A DNA stretch of 64,000 bases from Lama glama (taxonomy: Eukaryota), in contig CM052817.1 of NCBI GenBank assembly GCA_028534125.1, positions 51,834,001 to 51,898,000 on the forward strand. Reading direction: 5' to 3'. The notes under the pieces are model-generated. The model was not told the DNA's origin, made no database searches, and saw nothing but the letters and a program-made list of their open reading frames with translations. The position numbers and the translations under genes are program-made. This document shows positions 13,399-26,965 of this stretch, one piece after another (the stretch's first letter is position 1; the number at the start of each line of letters is the position of its first letter).

Positions 13399-15108
13399 AT
13401 GGAGAATACACACAATCACATACAAGAAATTTCAAGGTTGTAACAAACGCACCATACAGTCTCCATTCTACACAAATTAATGTATATGTTTGTACCAACT
13501 TGATTTATGTTCTGATTTGGTGGTTTATGCCCAGAGTTATTTTCTGAACTCTGATTACTCTTACCAGAAAAGCTCTTTTTCTAGATTCTCATATTTTTTG
13601 CTTTTGGCTAGTGATAGTGAATATCAACTGATGGCAAAAGAAATGGATACTTTTCTTGTGTAAGAGTATTCAACTGTAATTTGGTTTTTCACTTTAACCA
13701 GGTTATTTAGAAAATGAAGATGATTAAGGCAATGGTTCTATAGTTCTGACTTGTTTCATTAATTTTGATATGGTACACAACCATGTCTCAGTTAATATTG
13801 CCATATTACTTTTTTATAACTGCACAGGGACAAAATTAAGCCCTCATGCTCTTTAACATATATAATTATTACAGAGCCTTTTATTAACTCAGGTTCCAAG
13901 AAAAATGAAGCTGAAAAAAAGGGTGAATGATAGCAGTTAAGCACATACAACACTCATGAACACACACAGATAGATAGATATACAGTCTAAAAGATATTTA
14001 AGAAAATAGAAACCATATTCCATATTACATTTCAGAAATTTTTAGTCTCCAATTATCTAACTACTTGACCACCTTATCTCTAGAGCCAAAAGTCACATGC
14101 TTGCTACAAAATTAATTACTTTTTAGAAATACTATATCTATTATATGCACTTAGCAGAAACTTTAAAAAATAACCAAAAACACACATCCTTAGAACTGCA
14201 ATCATCATTTCAGATTTTCTCTCACTGTTTTATGTTTGAAAATAATTTATTTATTCTTGTTTTAGTTATGATATTGCTTTAAGGTATCCAAAAAATGCTC
14301 CACACATAATTTTGACTGAAAGCTTTATGGTTGATTTCTCTTTTATTAATAAAATATTCAAGAACCTGTAGAGGATTAAACAGAAGTTGAATCTAACTAA
14401 ACTAATGCCATGTATCAGGCAAATAAGCCTTGTTTGAGAAATTGCTTTTCCTGCATTCTCAGATACTCCCTATTCTAAGCCATTTTACCCTGTCAAATAT
14501 TTCATTAACATCTCCAAATACAGCTCAGACTTTTCATAGAGTTCTCATACTGCTACCCTCAACACAGGTTTAATGATTCTGGTAAAGTAATTCTCAAACA
14601 AATAGATGGCCTACCATTTGTTTCATGGACAGCTGAAAAATGATGGCCTGCAGAAGGCCATCTGGAAAGAGTACGAGTAAGAATATTTGACTTTACAGAA
14701 AACACCTTAGTTTAATATCTCATATGGAGGATCTTTATGCCAAGTTCATTAACAAAGGCAATAGTGCCAAGGTGTTTTGGCGCTTTGGTAGTTTAAACAA
14801 TTCACAACTTCTAGCCCAATTTCTTTACATGAATTTTTAAGAAAAATACTGCATGGAAAAAATATATGTATATTTAACTCTGGCTGATTTATTAAAATAA
14901 GTAAGCTGAGACAGTAAAAATTGGGGAAAAAAAGCTCTTCTTTTTGTATTAACTATTACTATATATAAATAGAAACTTACTGTAAAATGATTGAGTATAT
15001 ACAAGTAATGAGCACATTAAGTCTGAATTTTATTCTTGGATGCTGCTATTCTTATATCATTAAAGTAAACTTTGATCTAAGCCCCATGCATCTTAAAAGA
15101 AATTTGGT

Positions 15109-15238
15109 TGAGGAGGGGAGGGTAATAGCTCAGTTGGTAGAGTACATCTTAGCGTGCACAAGGTCCTGGGTTCAATTCCACTGTTATTTTAAAAATAAAT
15201 AAGTTAAAAACAAACAAACAAGCAAACAAACAAATAAG
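15109..15238 (+). mobile_element. tRNA-Ala(AGC)-derived SINE (camelid Vic-1 type) with TSD
   Basis: ggggagggtaatagctcagttggtagagtacatcttagcgtgcacaaggtcctgggttcaattcc plus A-rich/(CAAA)n tail; exact 13-bp TSD aaagaaatttggt at 15096-15108 and 15239-15251 after a tt/aaaa L1 endonuclease site. Confidence 0.93.
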
Positions 15239-15399
15239 AAAGAAATTTGGTCAAAACATTTTGCTCTGTTTGTTTAGATTTTAATAAAGGAAGAGTATTT
15301 TTTCTAGTTATAAATTATTTCAACACATTTCTAAACAATTAATGTTTGACATAATTGTGGCTCTTATGCATCATAATATTAATTCTTACTAGGTAAAAA

Positions 15400-15790
15400 G
15401 AATACTAAGCCAGAAAAAGAAAGAAAAATACCATATGCTGTCACTTATATGCAGAATCTAATTAAAGAAAAGGACAAAAATGAACTTATTTACAAAACAG
15501 AAACAGACTCACAGACAGAAATCACACCTATGGTTACCAAAGGGGAAAGGGGGTGGGGGGATAAATAGGGAGTTCAGGATTTGTATATACTAACTGCTAT
15601 ACGTATACAATAGATAAAGAACAAGGTCCTTCTGTATAGCACAGGGAACTATAATGAAAAATAATATGAAAAGGAATATAGTATATATGTATAAATGAAT
15701 CACTATGCTATACACCAGAAATTAACACAGCATTGTAAATTGACTATACTTCAATAAAAAGTAAAAATAATTAAAATTAAAAAAATTAAG
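15400..15790 (+). mobile_element. L1 3' end (ORF2 terminus and 3'UTR)
   Basis: atgaacttatttacaaaacagaaacagactcacagac...ctgtatagcacagggaact...cattgtaaattgactatacttcaataaaaa. Confidence 0.92.
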
Positions 15791-16206
15791 TTTCTGCATT
15801 TATGTTTTTTAAAAAAAGTATAAACTTGACTGTTGGCATTATGTTCATAAACTCTTGAGAATATGAGCTAACAGGTAAAAAGGACCAGAGCTTTGGGCAT
15901 ATGATGCAACTATTTAGATCAGGAAGGAAATGTCATCAGTCTCATTCCTTAGAGGTTGTGCTTACATCTTTTGAGAGGAATATTAATATCTCTATTTTTG
16001 CTTCCAGACCTGTATGATGTATGATGGACCAGTTAACAACTTTGCTTTCTGATCACACCCATACAATTTAAAAGCAAATACGAAATATTTAAGATTAAAT
16101 GATTTTATTTTGGTTCTTATTTTCGATGTTCTTATCTTGTATTTGACCTTTGCTGGAAATTAAAATTTGCTTGGCTTTCTTTGGTATTTGTCACTTTGCA
16201 ATGATG

Positions 16207-16207
<1 letters not shown>

Positions 16208-16237
<30 letters not shown>
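16208..16237. repeat. (TG)15 microsatellite
   Basis: Read directly. Confidence 0.97.
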
Positions 16238-16238
<1 letters not shown>

Positions 16239-16489
16239 TGTGGTGTGTGCCTCTGTATATCCACTGATTATCTCGGTTTTCACTTGATCCAATTTACATT
16301 TCTATATTAATTAATTTTAGACTTATGTTAATTATTTACAATTTTAATATTTTATAAAATAATATAAAACATAAATACTATGGAATATATTTAATACAAT
16401 TATATAAAATATCTATATATGAGGCAAAACATTAAATTATTTAAATGCATTATTTTGCTTACTCAAAGAAATGAATTCACAAGGTAAAT

Positions 16490-16585
16490 TTTTGCAGATA
16501 AAACCCTTAAGTTCTAGGAATTTTTTCCTTTTTTTCCCTATACCTAAATAGTAAGTGTTGGAGCTAGGATTCAAGCACAGGCCAT
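16490..16585 (-). mobile_element. MIR fragment
   Basis: ttttgcagataaaac...tagtaagtgttggagctaggattcaagcacagg. Confidence 0.5.
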
Positions 16586-16766
16586 TATACCTAAGTAAAT
16601 ACTTGAAACTTCACAAAAGGGTTCAATTTTCTATTATACCTTAAAATAGTTAAAAATTCAGTGGTAAGAGAACGTCAAGTTGACTGGAAATCTTAACCAG
16701 CATATGAAATGTAAAAAGATTTATTTCAATTTTCTCTTGATTTCTACATCCTCTAAGAGAGGTTTT

Positions 16767-16768
<2 letters not shown>

Positions 16769-16806
<38 letters not shown>
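16769..16806. repeat. (AC)19 microsatellite
   Basis: Read directly. Confidence 0.97.
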
Positions 16807-16809
<3 letters not shown>

Positions 16810-17094
16810 TTTCATATTCAAACTGGATTTGGGAAATCCTAGTACACCCTAAAGATTCACAATGCAAATACACATTTTAAAAGAGTCTTAGGAGGCAATT
16901 CTCCAAGGGATATGGCATTTCTGAATGTTTTATAGGGGGAGGTACAAAATATCTTTTAATCTGGACTATATTTTCAAGTATATTTATATAGTGAGCAGCT
17001 TTGGAAAATAAGAGCAAAGAAGAAGCATGCTCACTACCCATTAAGATAGACTATACTTCAATTACAAAAAAAAAAAAAGGCTAGATTTGAGATT

Positions 17095-17366
17095 CCTAAA
17101 CTCAGGGTTCCTCTGTTGTGAAGCAACCCACTGCATGTGCTGACTTCCTCTGGGCACATTCATGTTGCCTGGATGGGACACGAGGGCGGAGCAGAATTGA
17201 AGCAAATATGCTGATGTTCATGCTGCCTGCTGTGCTGTAAGTAAAAATGTCATTTGTCTCTAACCCAGGAATCTTATGACTTCTGCTAGCATCCATGAAA
17301 CTGTAGCAGGCTAACTTGTCACCTTGCAAATAAGGTGAAAGCCCAGAACCTCTCCAGTTCTTGAAA
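17095..17366 (+). mobile_element. ERVL-class LTR, 3' half (MER70-like)
   Basis: tttgtctctaacccaggaatcttatgacttctgctagcatccatgaaactgtagcaggctaacttgtcaccttgcaaataaggtgaaa matches the recalled 3' end of MER70-group LTRs. Accounts for ORF 17102..17407. Confidence 0.7.
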
Positions 17367-18739
17367 ATCTTCTGACAAGTTTTTAAGTCAGTAATGAGTG
17401 AGTTCAATTATTTAAATATACATTTCCAAATATCTTCACTCATGAAACATTTGTAACCTGTAATATCCCACAAACTCATTTTACAATGAACATTAAGGTA
17501 TCCCTAACACAGTTAAGTAGTATGCTTTTTTGACTATCAAGTGATCTTACAAAATTTAATTTGGTTTGATAAAGTACTCAGATAAAATATATTAAGATTT
17601 CTATTGTTTTTACTAAATTCAGGTTTTCCATTATCTTTCAGAATATGTCTCATCTATAGTTGATGGTTTCAGTTTAGCTAACCATTTACCATAAAAAATA
17701 TATTGCTATTTTTTCCATTTCTGATTACTAGCAGTATTGTTACAGAAATATAGGCTGTGATATACATATGCACATACATATATATGCTTGTGTGTGTGTG
17801 TATTTATTTAGACGAAGGAAGGTGAAATAACAGGTAACAAAAAGTTGAAGTTAACTTGGAGGAAGCAGGGCAATGACTTAAAAGAAAATGCTACTTGTTG
17901 ATACTTAATGTACTGAATTCAGGTTTGGGATTTTCAAATTGAGGAATGTGTTTCATTGAAAAATACAATGAATTTTGTTTATGAGATATTACTAGGTATT
18001 ATAATTTTTACTAGGGAGCCTATTTAGTTTATAAATTCCAATAATATTCTGAGTTTATAGCTGAAAATACAATAAAAAGACATGACCAAAATTCAATAAT
18101 GAAGTGTGTTGCCACCAACCTCTGTTCATTATGTTTTCTTAATGACTACTGTGAAACTGTTCCTATCACATGAGGTAAATACTATTTTTGTCAGGTGAAA
18201 TAAAACAAAATGAAGGAAGTTGGCAGGAACTCTTTTAAATTAGGGGCTTCTCTGAAAATGTGACAGTTTTCTGGTGGCAAAGCTATGAGAACCATGTGAA
18301 AAAGATGAAATCATTTTGGTTTTGAAATTGCCTGTCACTCACTACTCTCCTGCCTTATTAGCAAAGCTTTGGTGTTTCTCTTACTTTTAATGTCTCAAGA
18401 TATTATAGTCTTCTTTTATAACACTTTAAAATCACAAATTAAAAAGAAATACATTGACATTTTTGTAAAAACATTTTTTCAAGTTTTTTTAAATTTAAAA
18501 AGGTGTTAGTTCTCAGATAATTTATAAATGTAAACATTGCCCTTGTTCCCCAAGTCCAACTTTTACTTCATGACTTTCTGAATTCCAGAGCGCCTCCCCA
18601 GGCCACCTAATCACTAGCAAAACAGGAACTGGATGATGCTTCAAATTTGGAACATAAGTTAACTAACAGCACTCAAGTTTTACGGCATTCTTCATCTCAC
18701 GGGCTTCTGTGAGTGAATTTTTCTTAAAATATTTTCCTA

Positions 18740-18870
18740 AATATATTTGTGATTATAAATGTAATATAAGTACATGGTTGAAAATTTATAAAATAAAGAA
18801 ATTAACAGAGATGCAAATAAAAATTAAACATCAGCCTACCACTCAGTGATAATGATTATTAATGTTTGGT
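18740..18870 (-). mobile_element. Ancient L1ME-type 3' end fragment
   Basis: tgattataaatgtaatataagtacat...cctaccactcagtgataatgattattaatgttt. Confidence 0.45.
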
Positions 18871-19339
18871 ATGAGTAGACAAGCAAATAACTGGGGAAAT
18901 AATGACAATGTCTGTTTTGTTTTGTTTTGTTTTAATGCTGATATTTTTAACTTCATGTATTGTCAGCATTTCACCAATTCACTAGCTAGTCCTCAAACTT
19001 TTAACATTTGATTCTATGAGCCCTTTATGGGTTGGGCATCTCTTTACCTGTAAGCTTTTTGCAGAGGCTTCGTGCTCTCCATATCAGCCTTTTTTTTTTT
19101 GGGTAAGACTTAGCTCCTGGAAACTTCTTCAGTTAGCCTGTGAACAGACATGAGGAATAACTCAAGATTGCTCATTTTAGAAATCTTCAGACTGTTAACT
19201 TTTAAAATGTTTATTCAGCAAGCTTTTTGTTTACTTACAGAGAAATGAGGACTTTCTTTTTTTCTGGTTTCCATTTGATGAAATTTCATGTCACAATTCT
19301 GATTGTCTTCATTTTTGATCATCATGGAATCTCTTAGAT

Positions 19340-21420
19340 TTTTATGCTTGATATAGCCATTCCACAACCTGCATAGTTTATTATTAATTTCTGTTTCACC
19401 ATCCTCTAGCAAGCACAGAGTATTATAGAAATTCTATATTTTATTATTGCTGAGTGAAAAAATATGACACTGCTTTTCAATTTGTATGGCTTTGAGTGAG
19501 ATAAGATACCATTCATCTGTTTATTGGACTTTATATTTATTGCATGCGACTAGGCTTTTGATGTCATATATATATATGCTTTTGAGAGAAACTTTGTATT
19601 TATTTATTGATATGTAAAAACTTACATATCAATGTAGTTAAATCTATTTCTGTTGCATTTACCTCAAAGATTGTTTTCAGTTTGTTATTTGTATTCTTCT
19701 GACAGCTTATAAATTTTTATGCAGTCAAATTTATTAGTGATTTTCTTTAGAACTTCTCTCATTAATTTATATTTAGAAAATCTTCTAAACTATAGCTATC
19801 TAAAGAGAGAGAAAATTTCAGGTACAGAGAATTGAGTTAATAATACTTCTGAGTTCTTGACAATATAGAAGCATTAGTGTATGCAATATGTCTTTGTGAA
19901 TATATTCCTAGTCTTTTCAATTTTTCAGTTCCACTTAGGAAACCATTCTAACCTTTAATGTATATTCTTCTTATTTCAATGTGTTCTTGTGAGATACATA
20001 TTATATATAGTTTATATAACTTATGTATAACTTCTTTATATTATTCCTTAATGTGTATCCAACATATTTACTTATCCATTTCCCCAGAAAGAGTCACCAG
20101 ATTGCCTTCAAAACTCCACTACCTCAAATAGTGTGTGTGAACATCATTGTATCTGTCTCTGTAGATTTGTGTGGGAATTTCCTTGGCATACATAACCAGG
20201 ATAAGGAAATCTAAAACAAAGAGTTCATTTTTTAAATATAATTTGTCTAAATATTGTTGGATTGCCTCCTAGAATGGATATATCAATCAGCACTTACACC
20301 TTTAGTGGATAAAGATTCCTGAGTGCTCACGTATCTGCCTCTGCTTGTGTTCTCAGATGTTTTATTTTTGCCAAATTTCTGGAAGGAAATTTCTAATTCA
20401 TTGTCACTCCCATTCGTATTTCTCTAATTTTAATAAGTTTGGCCATCTCTTTACATGGTTATTTGCCTTTTGTTTGTCCCTCTCTGTGGATTTCTGTTCA
20501 CATCTTTGCCCTTTAGTCCACAAAGATTCTTGTCCTCCAGCTGCATCTTGTTATGTGAATTTTCAGGAGTTCCTCTAACTGCTCTGTGAGTTACATTGTA
20601 AATATCTTATTTAATTTGTCTTCTTTTTGTTTGTATTTAGTAATCTTTATTAAAGGTCAAGATTCTAATTTTGCTATAGTCCTAATCATCAGTTTTCTGA
20701 TTTATGATTTTTGATTTGGGGTTTACTCTAATTGTTTCACTACCTAGTTCACAAGGAGTGTATTTCTTAAACAGGAAAAGAACTTTATCAGAAAATTTTT
20801 TTTACATATGATATAATAATATGTTTTTTTCTGTTTGGTCTATTGACTCAGATCATGTATATACAACATACTGAATGATCTTTGTATTTCTGAGATAAAG
20901 TATTTGATCATGAAATATTACTTGTTAATATACTGTTGTGGTTTTTAAACAAATAATTTATCTCTAAGTGATATAAATTTATAATTTTCTTGAGTTTCTT
21001 TATTTAGTTTTCAAATACAGCAGTAATTTTATGAAATGAGGAGGGAAATTTATTCTATTCCTAGTAATAATTTTTAATTTGTTTAATGAATTACTTAAAT
21101 TTCTTTACTGAATTGAAGTATGATACTTTTACAAATAAAATTTAATTACCCTGAAATTTATTTTGCAATATGGTGGGATGATTTTTTTGTTCAGATAGTC
21201 AAATATTATATCAATATTTTTGGAGGAGTGTATGATTTTTCCATTCATTGCTGACTTCTCTTTTCATCGTATTCTGAAGTCTTAAATATATTAGAGACTA
21301 TTTCAGGTCTATGTACATCATTCCATTGATCTTTCTGTTGATTCTTGTACCAGTATTACCAGTATTGTAGTGATTTTCAAAAATTTTGTATGGATACTAT
21401 ATTTTAAATTTCCCTGCATC
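19340..21420 (-). mobile_element. Ancient L1 (L1M-class) ORF2/3' fragments, probably more than one element
   Basis: Antisense L1 ORF2 C-terminal motifs, e.g. gtatttctctaattttaataagtttggccatctctttacatggttatttgcc and cattccattgatctttctgttgattcttgtaccagtatt. Confidence 0.7.
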
Positions 21421-21659
21421 TCTAAAATATTTTCAATTGTTTTTGAAATTGTATAACAAAAAAAGCTGTAATAAACATGTTTTTCTGCATAATTGTTATT
21501 ATCAAAATAATTTAGAAATTATCCACTGGCTTGAGGCATATTGTGATAAGAATTTTGGGACCTGTTTTATTGAACTTAAGAATGATTACATAATGCTCCA
21601 TTTAAAAAAAAAGAAATCCTTTCAGTTATCCTAATGAAATTTCCAAAAGCATTTTATTT

Positions 21660-22370
21660 TTTTCTGTTGACAATACTGTCTTTTGAAAATTCTCTTTTCT
21701 TGGGCTGTGTGACACCACAATCTCCTGGTTTTTCTTTTGTTTCATAGATAACTTACCAACTTCATCCAGGTCTTTTTCTTGCTCTTAATTTCTGTCTGCA
21801 TCCAAAATTTTATTGTTCTTCTATCCTTGGCCATTCTTTTTCTTACATGACAGTTTTCTTGAGTGATCATATCTAATCCCATAACATCAATATGGCTATT
21901 ATTTAGAAATGTATATCATTCTCATAGAGCCCTCTTCTGATTTCCAAGTATATGACTTGATTTCCAATTACCCATCTTGATGTCTCACAAGAAACTCAGA
22001 ATCTTGTCCAAAATCAATTTTATAATCTCTTCCTAACCTCAGAACAATCCGATACAAAAACCTTCCCCCATTCCAGGGGTACCTGTATCAGTATCAAAGC
22101 CATCTAATAGCTCATCCCAGAATGTCATCAGTGTCTTCACTGATATTTTCCTTTCCCTTAATTTCCACCACCCAATAGCCTTTCAAATACCTAATATTGT
22201 TAACTCTGTCTAGAAACGTTTAATATGTGCTCATTTTTCCATGTTTACCTTTAATACCTCAGCATCTCTAACATTTTTTTTTGTCTGAGTTACTGTAATA
22301 ACCATCCTAGGAGGTTTTTCCATATATATCCTTGTCTCACTATTCTTTACACTGCTAGGGGAATATATCA
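21660..22370 (+). mobile_element. L2 LINE interrupted by a younger L1; resumes at about 23240-23290
   Basis: ttgaaaattctcttttcttgggctgtgtgacaccacaatctcctggttttt resembles L2 RT (LETLSSLGFRDTTLSWF); gtactccaatgctcaaaac after the L1. Confidence 0.72.
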
Positions 22371-22377
22371 AGAATAT

Positions 22378-23234
22378 AAACTACAGTGAGGTATCACCTC
22401 ACACCTGTTAGAATAGTTATCATCAAAAGGTCTACAAATAATAAATAATAGAGAGGGTGTGGTGAAAAGGGAACCCTCCTACACTGTTGATGGGAATGTA
22501 AACTGGTGCAGCCACTATGGAAAACAGTACAGGGTTCCTTAAAAAACTAAAAATAGAGTTACTATATGATCCAGCGATCCCACTCCTGGGCATATATCTG
22601 GAAAAAACAAAAACTCTGACCTGAAAAGATACATGCACCTAAATGTTCATAGCAGCACTATTTACAATAGCCAAGACATGGAAGCAACCTAAGTGTCCAT
22701 TAACAGATGCCTGGATAAAGAATATGGAATACTACTCAGCCATAAAAAGAATGAAATAATGCCATTTGCAGCAACATGGAGGAACCTAGACATTATCATA
22801 CTAAGAGAAATAAATCAGAAAGAGAAAGACAAGCATCATATGCTATCACTTGTATACAGAATCTAAAAAAAAAAATGATACAAATGAACTTATTTACAAA
22901 ACAGAAACTGACTCACAGACATAAAAAGAACTTATGCTTACCAAATGGGAAAGGAGGGGAGGGATATATTAGAGGAGTACGGGATCAACAGATACACATC
23001 ACTATATATAAAATAGATAAACAACAAAGATATATATGTAGTACAGGGAACTATATCCAATGTCTTTTAATAATCTATAATGGAAAATAATTGGAAAAAA
23101 GATATATACACACACACAGATATATATATATGTATATATATATATATGTATATATATATATACACATATGAAGCACTTTGCTGTACACTTGAAACTAACA
23201 CAATGTTGTAAATCAACTATACTTCAATAAAAAA
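22378..23234 (+). mobile_element. L1, 5'-truncated (ORF2 C-terminal region, 3'UTR, poly(A))
   Basis: gaggtatcacctcacacctgttagaat...aactggtgcagccactatggaaaacagt...tatgatccagcgatcccactcctgggcatatatc...aaatcaactatacttcaataaaaaa; internal (TA)n at 23102-23170. Confidence 0.96.
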
Positions 23235-23959
23235 TACAAATACATTTGTTGTACTCCAATGCTCAAAACTCTAGTTTTATTGGTGTTCCTATGAGTGTTT
23301 TATTTAAATGTCCATTGGAAGATGCTTATCATGACCCATTTTTTGCTAGTAGACAGATTATATTAATTTCCAATGACTATTCTTATAGAATATTTGTCAA
23401 ATATTCTAATTTTCCAGACTTGTAGGTGCAGAACAGGATACAGTATTCACTTAGGTCCCCAGAATCTCGCTATCATACGAGCTATGCAGTTCTGTTGGAG
23501 TGAAAGAGCATCTTTCTGTATATTTCCCTGCTTAATCTTCTGAAACTCTTTACTAATAGAGTTCATAAACAAAAAAATAAATAAAACTACCAGCATATCT
23601 TAATACTCCCACAAGTCTTCTATTTATTCCCTTGAAAGTACTTTATTTCTGAAGTTTGAATTTCAAACTACTATCCTCTTTAGTTTATCCTCAAGAGAAG
23701 TTGGTAGATTTGTCTGTGTGTGCATGTGTGAAGATTTTTGTTGATGATGATTTTTTTTTTTTTGTCTCTTCAGCAAGTAGCATTCATATAGAAAAGGTAG
23801 GTGGAGCAGTTTATCATTTTTTAACTGTAACCAAAAATTAGTAACCAAATAGAAAATTATCCAAATGGTATTAAAATGTTGTTAATAGAAACATAATTAT
23901 AAATGTTCAATAAAGTATGAAAATAGCTTATTCTTTAGATAAACATTTAGAAGTATATA

Positions 23960-24260
23960 GTATTTTTTTTTCACTTAATAGCTTGGAAAATATTTGAAAA
24001 GTCTGATCCAAAGCTCTTTTGGCAAAGATACAGGAAAAAATACCTTTTTGGACACTCGTGAATTTGTAAATTCTTGTCAACTGTCTAGGAAGGAAATATG
24101 TTACCATCTGTCCAAATGTTAAATGTACTTATATTTTATCACAGAAATTTCAGTTCTATTATTTATACTTAAGATAAATTAATTCAAGTGTGAAAACATA
24201 CATGTACATAATGTTTTCACAAAGTTTTTATTATTAAAATGTGAAATAATCATATTTTGG
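23960..24260 (+). mobile_element. Ancient L1M ORF2 C-terminal fragment
   Basis: ttggaaaatatttgaaaagtctga...ttggcaaagatacaggaaaa...gtttgtaaattc-like motifs, heavily diverged. Confidence 0.5.
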
Positions 24261-25371
24261 AAGCTACATTGAGTAAAATGCAACTATTGCTTTATAGAAA
24301 CTATCAACATTTAAAATCTAACAGCATGAGTGTATAAATTACATATAAACTGACCATTAGAAATTGTCATATAAGACTTTGTAAAGCTATTATGCCTGAA
24401 GGCCACTGGAGAGCAGTTATACATCCTTTTCCAGAGTCTGGCCTTTCTCATCATAGCAGCTGTCAGAGATCAGCCTAGCTATCAGACAGTTACTTGGGTT
24501 AAAATTTTAAGAACTGTCAGAGACACTAGTCATCGTGTGACCTTTTTCCATTATGCTTTTAACAAAGGTGTCATGGTGCCTTCAGCACTTCTATTGCAAA
24601 TACTATTAAGAGGCAATAAATATTATCTAGATTCCATAAAATTCATGAAAATGGCATTATTATCTGATAAAAATCAATCATATGGAATTTCAATGCAATC
24701 TCTAGCAATAATGTTGATAAATGTATCAAAATCACTAAGGTGAACTTGAATAGGAACTAGCCTCAGAAGTTCCCAACAGGTTTTTTGAGAATGTCAGGAG
24801 ACAGGGGGATGGACTTTGAGAATTTAATGAATCTCCTGTATTCCTTTAGATCTGTCCTGTCAATGGGAGTCTGGTCTGGATTTATATTCTGCAGAAAGCA
24901 GCAGTACTCACAAATTTTGCTCACATCCTGAGAGTCAGGATGTTGCTTGGCTACACATATACTTTAAAGCATCACAAGGACCCAGATAGGTTTTATTTTA
25001 ACATTGGTTGAGATGGAGGTTTTTTTATCCACTTTGCATTTTTTAAAGTTGTTGAATTGTCTTCCTGTAATTTACTCTAAGGGCAGAATGCTTGCTTAAG
25101 CTTCCTATCAATACAATCTTCTTGAAAAGACATTTTCATGCAAAAATAGTAGGAGTGTGTGTGTGTGTATGTGTGTGTGTTGTGTTTTGGGATGCATAAA
25201 ACTAGATTGGGAATATAGTAAGGGCAAAATATTCATCTTATACAATTTTGTATGCACTAAGCCTACATATGTGCCTGCATGGAATAAATTTTCAATATTA
25301 TTTTTCAATAAGTATTTTTGAATAAATAAATGGATAAATATGAATTTATTATGTTGGTGTCATCTTCAATG

Positions 25372-25649
25372 ATGTTATCCCTCAGTTTCCAAGGAAAACT
25401 GGTTCTAGGCTCCATCAGAGACACCAAAATCTATGGATACTGAAGACTCATAGTTGGCCCTCCATATCCCAGGAGTCTGTATCTTTAGATTCAACCAGCC
25501 AGGGGTGTGGACATAACACACGATCACTGGTTTGTTGAATCTGTGGATGTGGAGCCCTCAGATACAGAGGACAGATTGTATATTTATTGAAAAAAATCCA
25601 TATATAAGTGGACCCACAGTTCAAACCCATGTTGTTCAAGGGTCAACTG
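25372..25649 (-). mobile_element. Non-autonomous TcMar-Tigger element (Tigger2a/MER8-type) with internal MER2-like inverted repeat
   Basis: Reverse complement begins TA|CAGTTGACCCTTGAACAACATGGGTTTGAACTG (Tigger2 TIR, TA target at 25650-25651); other end gttatccctcagtttcc; internal inverted arms at 25451-25504 and 25525-25578. Confidence 0.85.
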
Positions 25650-26965
25650 TATATGCATATATATGTATATATTTAGCACCCACATTTTATACCTACAAAT
25701 GTTTACATATAGGTACGTATACATATGCATATATACACCTCTATCTATATCTATAAAGAGAGAACAAAAGTTCATTTTTAGTGTATTAATCTAGTCATTT
25801 ATTCAATCATTTATTCAATAAGTATTTATTGCTAAACTAGGTTAATACAAATATAAATAAATCTCTGACTTAAGATACTAATTGTTCATAAGCTTATTTA
25901 TTTGACTGGTTTATTGGCTGTTTATGCTCACTTACTATCCTTGAGAACCAGTTCTTTTTAGTTCCAGTATTTTACCTTCAAGCTATGGCTCCAAGTGAGA
26001 ATACTTGTTTCAAATAGGTTTGGACACCAACTAATTTCTGAAAATGAGATTCTGCTCCATTTCCAGATAACACTGTATTAAAAAAAATCTTTTAAATATA
26101 ATTCATACATACACACATATTTGCAATACTTTTTTATTACATAACTATTGAAACATTCTATATATCTATGGAACTATTTGGAAAACATGTTAGCAAGCTT
26201 GGAAGGAAATAAATCTATACAATCACCAAGAAAGTGAGACAGGCTGTGAAATGGAACATATGTTGTTTTAGAAAGACTTGTGTTTTCAGAAGGACTTTGT
26301 TGAAATATCTCAGAAGAACTTGGTTAAAATAAAATTGTACTTCCTGAAAAGCACATGTATTAATGAATCAACCATTTCTCAGGAAGAAGTGTCAGTTAAA
26401 GGTGGAAGTGACTAGATGCCTTTTATCTGAATATAAAAGATTTTCAGTTTAGAATTTTAGAGAAAATACTGATTTATGTAAATCTTTAAGCAGTTGGAAG
26501 AAGAAAAATCCAAAGAACACCCAATTTATCAATATTTTTCATTATTGTTTTGGTTCATCAGAATATACTCATTTAAAATAGCACAAAATAGAGAAAATAC
26601 AAATATTCATAAATTTGGTAAAATGTCACATTTTGTGGGATGAAGTTACTTATGGATGCCAGAATGACTTAACTAGGAAGTTAAATTAAAGGACACATTT
26701 AAACAGCTCTACTAACTCAATAAACATGGTGAAACAAATTAATTACATTTCTACTTGTAATATTGATAAGGAAAACACGGCAGTCCAGAAGTAGTCAAAT
26801 ATATAAAACAATGTGCAGCTATTGCTATGAAGTGGGCCTCATGTGTTATGCAACATTCTTTAAAATGAGAAAGATGGAAAATGGGAGATGCCATTAAAAT
26901 CAAGTTTTGGAATAATAGGATAAAACTGTGGATCTTGAAATAACCAATATAAATTTCACTGAAAT

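Noticed and set aside
14606..14676. Short frame MAYHLFHGQLKNDGLQKAIWKEY followed by gtaaga
   Set aside because: A-rich acceptor, no homology recognised.
15115..15182. Functional tRNA-Ala gene call
   Set aside because: Acceptor stem broken, A-rich tail and exact TSD indicate a retroposed SINE.
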